Shown here in pieces: positions 53,905-64,000 of a DNA stretch of 64,000 nucleotides. The stretch is taken from positions 31,682,001-31,746,000 of the forward strand of contig OX597822.1 in NCBI GenBank assembly GCA_951406725.2, written 5' to 3'. A model generated the notes under the pieces. The model made no database searches and was not told where the DNA came from. It saw nothing but the letters and a program-made list of their open reading frames with translations. The translations under genes and the position numbers were made by a program. Each line of letters opens with the position of its first letter. Within the stretch, counting starts at the first letter, position 1. This stretch comes from Octopus vulgaris. Its lineage: Eukaryota.

Positions 53905-54245
53905 TTTTTGGCATCCTTTTTGTCTCGGGAGACAATGGAGTTGCGCATAAAATAATCTAATCCGGCTTTTACATTTCTTGTCCGAATACATCTCCTACTG
54001 TGGCTGTGTAGTCCTATCTTGGACAAACACTCCCACTGGCAGGTGTCGCAAAGGTAGCGAAAACTTTGCTTAGCTGGTTGTAATATCATGTTTTTTCTCT
54101 TGACGTATTTTCTTTTGTTGTCTTTCTATTTCTCCTCTCTCCCTTTGTCACTCCTTTGTGTTCCCTCTTTTGCAGAACGTCGCGAAACTCCGCGGTTGCT
54201 TGCAACCGCTTCAGAGTTGCTAATATTCATGTCGTAGGCCTTCAT
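53905..54245 (-). pseudogene. RTE LINE 3' end with C-terminal zinc finger, between microsatellites
   Basis: [26 protein letters not shown] and CDTCQWECLSKIGLHSHSRRC; short 3' UTR attgtctcccgagac. Confidence 0.82.
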
Positions 54246-54266
54246 GTATATGTATATATATGTGTG

Positions 54267-54297
<31 letters not shown>

Positions 54298-54410
54298 ATA
54301 CATATATATGTATATGTATAGATATGTATATATATATATGTATATATATACATGTGTGTGTGTGTGTATACATATATGTATATACATATATATGTATATA
54401 TATAGATATG

Positions 54411-54441
<31 letters not shown>

Positions 54442-55516
54442 GTGTGTGTGTGTATATGTATATACACAGAGAGAGAGAGAGAGAGAGCGAGAGGTGGGGA
54501 GATAGATTGGGAGAAAGGGAGAGAGTGAGAGAGATTCCAAATCTGAACTGATCGAATTGTACGGCTACGTAGTTTTCGGTTCAATCCCTCTTCTCGGCAG
54601 AATAGGCAACAGTTTTTATAATATAGTCGGATTAACTAATGCGTGTGAAAGAAATTTGGTAGATGGAAACTGTATCGAAGACCTTTAGAAGAGCTGCTCC
54701 TATTTTTAAATGATAGACTTAATCCTACCCCAAACTAACTTGTCACGACCTCCTTATCATTGCATGACATTTGAAGGAACAAACTGATGCAAATATTTGG
54801 GACATGCCTCCGATCTGTTAATAAATTCTCCATCCTGTCAACCATACCAAAGAATGGTGTAAAAAATGTCATTTCAGTGTTCCTCCCATCAGACTAAATC
54901 ATCTGAAATTTAAAATGCTAAATGGTATTATATTGACCTTGCACTATCTTCTATTATAATTGAAGTTTTTAAGGAACTTTGTATACAAAGCATGTGAAAC
55001 AAGTTCAACATAAATATGTAAAAGACATTTTGCTAAATAGATTCTTAAACTACTACCATAACTAATGCTTCTAAAGGAATATTCCTACTATAATCAGAAT
55101 GCTATGTTTTAAACCATGACATTACGCGTCTCTAATTTTTAATCTTTAAATTATTTCAGCTTCAACGCTGCGGTCATACTGGGGCACCGTCTGTTATTTT
55201 AATGGTAATTGGTAGGTTAGTCTCTGTCTACACTTGATATCATGTAAAAACTGTTCCACTAGTCCTACATTATTTGTTAAGTTTATCTCTACAGATACGC
55301 TATAGAAATTATAGCCCCGACTGATTTTGGTTTCTACTTTTTGTATACGCGACGCCAGATGAAATCATTGAGATCGAAGACGGAAAGTGGATAATGTGCA
55401 TATATGCCTTTCTTCGAGGGCTTTTGCCCCTTCATCAGCACCCATCTAACCCATTAATCATCCACGAACACATTGCTTAAATAGCCACTATATATAGTGG
55501 TGTATACTTATTGGAT

Positions 55517-55779
55517 GTGGAGGCGCGTGGCTTAGTGGTTAGGGTGTCAGCATCATGATCGTAAGATTGTAGTTTCGATTCCTGGAGCGGGCGACAAGTT
55601 GTGTTCTTGAACAAAACACTTCATTTCACGTTGCTCCAGTCCACTCAGCTGGCAGAAATGGGTAACGCTGCGATGGACTGGCGTCCCGTCCAGCTGGGGA
55701 ACACATACACCATTGAAACCGGGAAACCGGACCCATGAGCCTGGCTATTCTTTAAAAGGGCGCATTTATTTTATTTTTA
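55517..55779 (+). mobile_element. SINE type C, full length, with 14-bp TSD
   Basis: A-box tggcttagtgg, B-box-like gtttcgattcc; TSD tatacttattggat at 55503-55516 and 55780-55793. Confidence 0.92.
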
Positions 55780-56544
55780 TATACTTATTGGATATACCAA
55801 GTTTACATATTAAACGAATTCCTGGAAGCTGGTCCATAAATACTAATGTCATGTAGGTACGTGGTATTTCGTTATGCTACTATGATATACTATATGGAAA
55901 CATCGAGTTCTACTGCGCTTTTGCAGTCGGGTGATTGCTGGTTAAACTACCACATCTTCTTCTCTGTTTACTGGGTTACAATAATGTGTGGACAGAAAGT
56001 AAGATTAAATGTACAGTATTGTAGAAAAACATGCTACTCATAGAAAAGCTGTCGGTTAAAATATATGTAATGAGCATATAGGCACCATAGGTTATCGGCC
56101 AACGGAAACTCGTTGCTCTACTTCTGCTGTTCCTTTAGAATATGAGAATAGGTTGGAACAAGGGAATTATAATGAGGGAGATATTACACTGAGAAAACTA
56201 CGATAATTATAGTCGTTGAAGCTGGTATTCTTTCATCTTTCTTCTAATTATTTCAGACATTATACTGCAACCATGCTGGAGCACCGCCTTAACCTGGACC
56301 GATCCAAATGTTTATTATTATTCTTTTTTTGAAGCCTAGTACTTAGTGTATCGGACTCTTTTGCCGAACTGCGAGGTAACAGGCAGCACTCATCAAGAAA
56401 ATGTGAGCCATTTGTAGTATAAAGGTAATTGTAGATGAAATGATAGAAAGTAAACCACGCGGAAAATTCTATAAGAATTTAGATATGATATATGTGGTAC
56501 TTTATTTGGAGTAGAAATGTAGAGTTCTACTCTCTTTCTTTCAC

Positions 56545-56785
56545 TTTTTTACTTGTTTCAGTCATTTGACTGTGGCCATGCTGGAGCACTACCTTTAGTC
56601 GAGCAACTCGACCCCAGGACTTATTCTTTGTAAGCTTCGTACTTATTCTATCGGACTATTTTGCCGAACCGCTAAGTTACGGGGACGTAAACACACCAGC
56701 ATCGGTTATCAAGCGATGTTGGGAGGACAAACAAAGACACACAAACATACACACACACACATACATACATACATACATACATACA

Positions 56786-56819
<34 letters not shown>

Positions 56820-56982
56820 CGACGGACTTCCTTCCGTTTCCGTTCTACCAAATCCACTCAGAAGGCTTTGGTCTGCCCGTGGCTATAGTAGAAGACACTT
56901 GCCCAGGTTGCCACGCAGTGGGACTGAACCCGAAACCACGTGGTGGTAAGCAAGCTACTTAACAGACAGCCACTCCAACGCC
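56545..56982 (-). mobile_element. SINE type A with internal (CATA)n
   Basis: Similarity to other copies. Confidence 0.9.
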
Positions 56983-57552
56983 TTAATGATAATGTCCTAT
57001 AATGTGTTTTATTTGAACATGCCATACAGTTCAAGGTTTTAACATTTAGGATGTATTCTCAGTGTGAAATGTAGAAAAAGAATATTATGATAAAAAAAAA
57101 TGTTACATGTTGCCATTCATATAACTTTATGGAGCAGCCAGCCTCTATGTCATGGCGGGATATAATTATCAAAGAATGTATACAATTCTGAAATGCTGCT
57201 GTATATATTCTGAAAGGTTCTCTACATTTCCGAAATAGTTGCAATGGGAGAAACATTTAAACATTTATTTTAACAATATTTTATACAAAGCATCGTGTTT
57301 GTGACTATGTTACACAAAAAGCTGTCTGAGACATAGGGGCGACAACACGGTAATTTTGGCAACAAAAACCAGTAATATTTTTTCCTGAAAATTTTAAGAA
57401 TATAAATATATTCTGTTTGCAACATTTGATATTTTGCATTCTTCTTAATAGATATTAAAATTTGAAGTCTGTATGGTGTTACTGACTTGCCTGCTGAAAT
57501 ACCCTGTATTGGTAAAGTATTAGGAAACGTTAATAAAGAGCACCGCTTATTG

Positions 57553-57729
57553 AGTGTGGTCATGCTGGAGCGTCGCCTTTAGTCGAGCACATCGACCTTC
57601 AGGACTTATTCTTTGTAAGCTTAGTACTTATTATATCGGTCTCTTTTGCCGAACCGTTAAGTTACGGGGACGTGAACACACCAGCATCGGTTGTCAAGCG
57701 GTGTTGGGGGAACAAACACAGACACACAA

Positions 57730-57790
<61 letters not shown>

Positions 57791-57936
57791 TATATATATA
57801 CCAAATCCACTCACAAGGGTTTGGTCGGCTCGAGGCTATAGTAGAAGACACTTTCCCAAGGTGCCATGCAGTGGGACTGAAACCGGAACCTTGTAGTTGG
57901 TAAGCAAGATACTTACCACACAACCACTCCTATGCC
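57553..57936 (-). mobile_element. SINE type A
   Basis: Similarity to other copies. Confidence 0.88.
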
Positions 57937-58014
57937 TATATGAAACAAGTAATATATGAAACCATGTTTTTGATTCCCATTATTTTAATTGTTCATTAAG
58001 TCGGGTTGAATGAA

Positions 58015-58270
58015 AGAATCGTTACAACGTCAAGCAAAATCCTCTGGCCAAATACTTAGCGGCATTTTATCCGTCATCACGTCCCTAGTTCAAATTCCAC
58101 CGATGCTGACTTCGCTTTTCATTTCGTAGTCATTAAAATAGGAACCATTTGAACATTGGGATCAAAGTAATCGACTAAAGCCCCTTACAGTTACAGACTT
58201 TGTGCCTTTGTACATGTGAAAAACTGTGGTCGATGTCATAAGCTAACACTTTCCCCCAGAATTGCTGGTC
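58015..58270 (+). mobile_element. SINE type B, old copy
   Basis: cttagcggcatttt...agttcaaattccaccga...gacttcgcttttcat. Confidence 0.6.
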
Positions 58271-58328
58271 TACGGCTCGGATATAATCTGAAAGTAACGA
58301 TACGGTGCACCCAAAAATGTAGGAATGA

Positions 58329-58765
58329 CAGGAGTGGCTGTGTAGTAAGTAGCTTGCATACCAACCACATGGTTCCGGGTTCAGTCCCACTGCATGGCAA
58401 CTTGGGCAAGCGTCTTCTATTGTAGTCTCGGGCCGACCAAAGCCTTGTGAGTGGATTTGATAGACGGAAACTGAAAGAAACCCGTCGTGTATATATATAT
58501 ATATGTATATATATATGTGTGTGTGTGTGTATGTGTGTGTGTGTCTGTCTGTGTGTGTCTGTTTGTGTGTCAGTGTTTGTCTCCCGAACATCCCGCGAAA
58601 ACCGATGCTGGTGTGTTTATGTCCCCGTAACTTAGCGATTCGGCAAAACAGACCGATAGAATAAGAACTAGGCTTACAAAGAATAAGTCCTGGTGGGTCG
58701 AGTTGCTCGATTAAAGGCGGTGCTCCAGCATGGCCGCAGTCAAATGATTGATACAAGTAAAAGAG
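58329..58765 (+). mobile_element. SINE type A, full length
   Basis: caggagtggctgtgtagtaag...gatacaagtaaaaga. Confidence 0.9.
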
Positions 58766-59481
58766 AGGAATGTTAATATTTGAATTATACGAAGCTGTGT
58801 TGCTCTAATAAACACAAACAAAATCATAGACACGCATCGATAACACGAATAGAAACAAAAAGGCAATAGACAAAGACACACAGAGAAGAGGTATATCATA
58901 AAATGCTAGACTTCTATTAGCTTACATAACTGTTCCTAATACAGACACATGGCCTGATATCTGGTGGGAGGTTTTCGTCGATTCAATCAACCACAGTTGG
59001 TATGTTACTTTATCTAGCAGGGAAGGACGAAAGAGACGTTTAACCTAGGCGGGATTTGAACTCGAAATATAAAGTTGCAGAATAGGGACCAAGCCACTTT
59101 GAAAGTGATCTTTTGATCCTATTATTGAAAATAAAATGATCACCGTAAGTCAGCGTGGAGGACAAATAACCAAATACGCATACTCTCGATTTGACATCAA
59201 TGTTTTCATTATGTAATCATGAAACAAAATTAGCATTTGAAGTAATTCTCTCTATCCCTTTCTCTCAGTTTTTGACACATACTAGAACGCACGAGGGTAC
59301 ACACATGCACGCATATGTACAGACATACACACGCACGCACTCATAAACAAACATACATTCGCACAACTATCAGTCACACACTTTCTAATTCTCATCCTCT
59401 CTCTCTCTCTCCTCACTGTATATATATTCTGTGTATACGTATATACAAATGTGTATAAGTTTGTTGAAAATGTATGCATGC

Positions 59482-59521
<40 letters not shown>

Positions 59522-60564
59522 TGTGTTGCGTGTGTGTTGTGTTGTGGGTGTACGTGTGGGTATATACGTATGCGTGTATGGATATGTGCAATCATGCATG
59601 CATATATGTGTGTGTGTATTTTGTGTATGTGTATTTGTGTGTTAAGTATGTGTTTGTATGTCTGTGTGTGCGTGCGTGCGTGCGTGCGTGCGTGCGTGTG
59701 CGTGTGTGTGTGTGTGTGTAAAAAGGTAAAAGCTTTCACACGAGTAAATTTATATTAAAAAGCTAAAACAAAAACTGCTTTGAGAAATTTACCTTGAATG
59801 GAAGACAGAAAATATTAGCATTTTTATCAAAATATGCAAAGAGTACGAACAGCATCGTAGAAAGACTGTCGCCTTTGAATATATTTTTGCGACACGGAAT
59901 TTTAATCAGTTATATGCATGAGTGTATTTATTAAACAGAAGTATCCTTTTTTTATAGTAGAATATATAAGTAATCTTGTAATTATGAAAATACATTAATC
60001 TCTACCAGAATTCTCCAAAGACGGCAAAGTAACATTGCTTCAGCTTGTAGCTAATGTGATTCAGAAATCTTACAAGTGTATCTTAAAAATCGTTCATTCA
60101 AAGATCACGTTTATAAAACGTTCATGACGTACGGAAAAATAGCAACTAGGGCAGTGATGGAGACGTTTCTACAGATTTCGAAATACACCAAGTTAATTAG
60201 AATTGACACAGACAGACAGACGCTGTGATATGGTTGCAGGAAAAAATATATATACACACCGACTTTTAGTGCAAGTGAAAACAGAATAAGACAAAGAGAA
60301 TTGACTGAATTAAATAATATATGACATTAATTAGATTACAAGATAATGTCGATAATAAAATAAATGAAAAGAAGCAAATTTAAATGGAAAACTCTATGAA
60401 GAAGTGTATGAAATATTTGGCAGTGGTCCAGCAAGTATCTTGTGAAGCAGTTGGTGGAAAGATTTGGAAGAAAGATTTCAAGGAGTCAATATAAATATAC
60501 ACCCACACATGCAGACGTACACTTACATATATACATACATACACACATCCATATATACATGCAT

Positions 60565-60608
<44 letters not shown>

Positions 60609-61833
60609 GTGTGTGTATATGGATATATACATAAATCATTAATCATATAAGGAACAAATATAACATATATATATATATGTATGTATGAATGTATATATAT
60701 ACATATACATATATATATGTGTATATATATGTATATATATATATATAGTGAGAGAGAGAGTTATATATATATATATATATATATATAATTATATATACAT
60801 AATGAGAGAAAGAAATGACACCAGATAATTATTCATTGAAAATGTATAGTGCGGTATACAATATTGATATAAAATACACATATAAGTTAGTGTTTATGTA
60901 TATATTTATATGTGTGTGAGTGTGTGTGTGTGTGTGTACATGCATAATATACAGATACATATATGCATAAATTATTGTAACATGCCATTGATGTCTCCAC
61001 TCATTCAAGGCCGTACAATTGTGTCAGCTTTTCACTTTCATTTCTCACCTCCTAAGGAGCATACATTGTTTTGTAACCTGATTCTACTAGTTTTTTTTCC
61101 CTATGTAAGCTTGCACCTGTATATTTACTATTGTGTTCCTCTATCTCCTTACAAACCGGTTGTTTAACGAGGCACACGCATGAACTTACATTATGCATTC
61201 ATACTTGCTCACTTATCACTTCTGCACAGAACGACCTTTGAACACCCACCTGTTTCATCCTGAAATCACTTAAGGTCAGCGTTTCATAGGAATTAATCTT
61301 CAATAAAATTAATATTAATGTAGAATAATTTGCATAAACTCTTTAGATTAAATTCAAGATTTGCATATCGTTAGTACAACTTTTGAACACCACACTTGCT
61401 ACTATTGTCCGTAGAAGAATGGAGCTTGTATAGATATGATTGTGTGTATATGTATATATTTGCATATGGGTATGTATTTATATAAAGGGAAAGCAGTTTT
61501 ATTTCTCTCTAGCATCCTCTTTTCTTGCTATTTTTCGGTACATATTCCACACTCAGGAACAAAAGCATACCATTATTCACGCAAAGAAATGCACGCGCCA
61601 ATAGCGGTGGGTACGAGCGAATGTAATTATACATACATATATGTATTATATACATACATATATATTCACTAATACACACACCAATTAAACGCATGTAAGT
61701 GTGTGCACCTAAAGGATTTTTAAACAAATATGTACATGATATTATTCATAGATTCATGTGATTCAGGAATTTTAAACATAATGATTTTACGATCATCTCC
61801 ATGTTTCTAAATTCTTATGAAGACAACACCGTG

Positions 61834-61890
<57 letters not shown>

Positions 61891-61928
61891 TATACATACA
61901 TACATACATATATATATATACATACATA

Positions 61929-62026
<98 letters not shown>

Positions 62027-62151
62027 GAGGTTTGGAGGTGAAGAATCTGCTAGAGTAGATGCATGGGCTATTAGAAGATTTATAAAAAACATGTGACATA
62101 TTAATAAAAATCTACACATGTACAACCATCCAGATCTCCGAGTATCTTATT

Positions 62152-62192
<41 letters not shown>

Positions 62193-62266
62193 ATGTGTGT
62201 GTGTTTGTGTGTGTGTTTATATGTATATGTATTTATATGTAGAAATGTATATGTGTATGTGTATAC

Positions 62267-62298
<32 letters not shown>

Positions 62299-63200
62299 GT
62301 GTGTATATATACATGTATATAAGGTGTCCTTCTATATGTGTTTGTTCGACACCACCTATTGAGAACGGTGTTGGTTTGCTTACGTTCCCATTTGTTCCGT
62401 TCGATAAACGATATCGATAGAATAAGTATCAGGCTTTATAAGAATAAGTACAGAGGTCGATTTGCCTGATTAGATTCTTACCGAGGTGCCCAAGCATGAT
62501 AGCATTTTAAGGAGAGAATAAAACTAAAAGATGTAATATATACGTGTATACACAGGTACGCATATGCAAACACACACACAGATACAAACATAGATGTGTG
62601 TATGTGTATATATATATACACTGATATTTTGAAATGATATAATACGCACGTCCTAGGTTTGGATAGTATATAACAGGAAATGTTTCTATTACATATTTCA
62701 CCGTTTCAAACGTATTTCTGAAATATAATTTACTCGAGCCGAAAATTTTGTAACCGTACACCGTTTACAAGCGTCTCACGAAATATATACATATATGTGT
62801 GTGTATGTGTGTGTTTGTAAGTTTGTGGGTGTAAATTTGTGTGTGTGTGTGTGTCTGAGTATAGAAATAATATAGCTATATTCAATTATTGTACAGACAA
62901 TGAAATATGTGACATAATATATGGCAATATTTAGGTACATACCGTTCATTATATTTGTTCGTTTCTGTCAAATTTCCTTTCTGTGTTTTTTTTTTTCTTT
63001 CTCTTTACTCTTTCACTTTCTGTCTTTCTCACGTTAGGTATTTTGCAAAAGATTTGATTAGTTTTGTAGACTATTTGTCAATGTAATATTTCATATATGA
63101 ATGTAGTGTCCTAAGCAACGTAAAATTTGTCAATGAAACGTGGTTGTAATAAGACTGAACATATATACATACATTTAGAATCCGAGGGTGGAACATATAA

Positions 63201-63376
63201 GCGCAGGAGTGGACGTGTGGTAAGTAGCTTGCTTACCAACCACATGGTTCTGGGTTCAGTCCCATTGCGTGGCACCTTGGGCATGTGTCTTCTACTATAG
63301 CTTCGGAGCGTCCAAAGCCTTGTGAGTGGATTTGGTAGACGGAAACTGAAAGAAGCCTGTCGTATAAATGTATGTG

Positions 63377-63446
<70 letters not shown>

Positions 63447-63633
63447 AATGTGTATATGTTTGTGTCTGTGATTGTTCCACAAAATCGCTTGACACCCGAT
63501 GCTGGTGTGTTTATTTCCACGTAAATTAGCGGTTCGGCAAAATAGACAGATAGAATTAGTACTAGTCTTGCAAAAAATAAGTCCTGGGGTCGATTTGCTC
63601 GATTAAAGGCGGTTCTCCACAATGGCCGCAGTT
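63201..63633 (+). mobile_element. SINE type A
   Basis: Similarity to other copies. Confidence 0.88.
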
Positions 63634-63812
63634 ACATATATATATATTTTGTGAAAAACACTGATATGCAAAATTAAGGCGATTAAACACATCAACGATC
63701 TAAATATTATGAGTGAAAGGAAACGAAGCAAACCAACACAATGAGGCTTACACCCGAATGATTATATGCATGTGTGCACATAACAACACGTAGATATATA
63801 CGTACATAGAAG

Positions 63813-63846
<34 letters not shown>

Positions 63847-64000
63847 GGCGTAGGAGTGATTGTGTAGTAAGTAGCTTGCTTACCAACCACATGGTTCTGG
63901 GTTCAGTCCCACTGCGTGGCATCTTGGGCAAGTGTCTTCTACTATAGCCTCGGGCCGACCAGAGCTTTGTGAGTGGACTTGGTAGACGGAAACTAAAAGA
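63847..64000 (+). mobile_element. SINE type A, 5' half, cut by the window end
   Basis: ggcgtaggagtgattgtgtagtaag...ggtagacggaaactaaaaga. Confidence 0.88.

Overview
AT-rich, microsatellite-saturated eukaryotic non-coding DNA (intron or intergenic). The SINE repertoire and (TA)n/(CA)n density suggest a coleoid cephalopod, probably Octopus (inference, not verified). I find no intact host protein-coding gene; nearly all listed ORFs are read-through of microsatellites or SINEs. The window contains: (i) many copies of four tRNA-head SINE types, labelled A-D here, several with clear target-site duplications, nesting, dimers and swapped modules; (ii) fossil retroelements, namely a Penelope-like GIY-YIG element with an inverted terminal repeat, RTE-like LINE pieces and an R4/Dong-like 3' end in (TAA)n; (iii) a hAT transposase fossil and a Tigger/pogo-type MITE; (iv) a 28S rRNA fragment. 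The most interesting signal is a set of short fold-back (inverted-repeat) elements in or beside microsatellites plus about ten hammerhead-ribozyme-like motifs, most of them degenerate. One is a palindrome with 122-bp arms that carries a type-I hammerhead motif on each strand (13813-14096). Coordinates were counted by eye, and the boundaries of old repeats are approximate.
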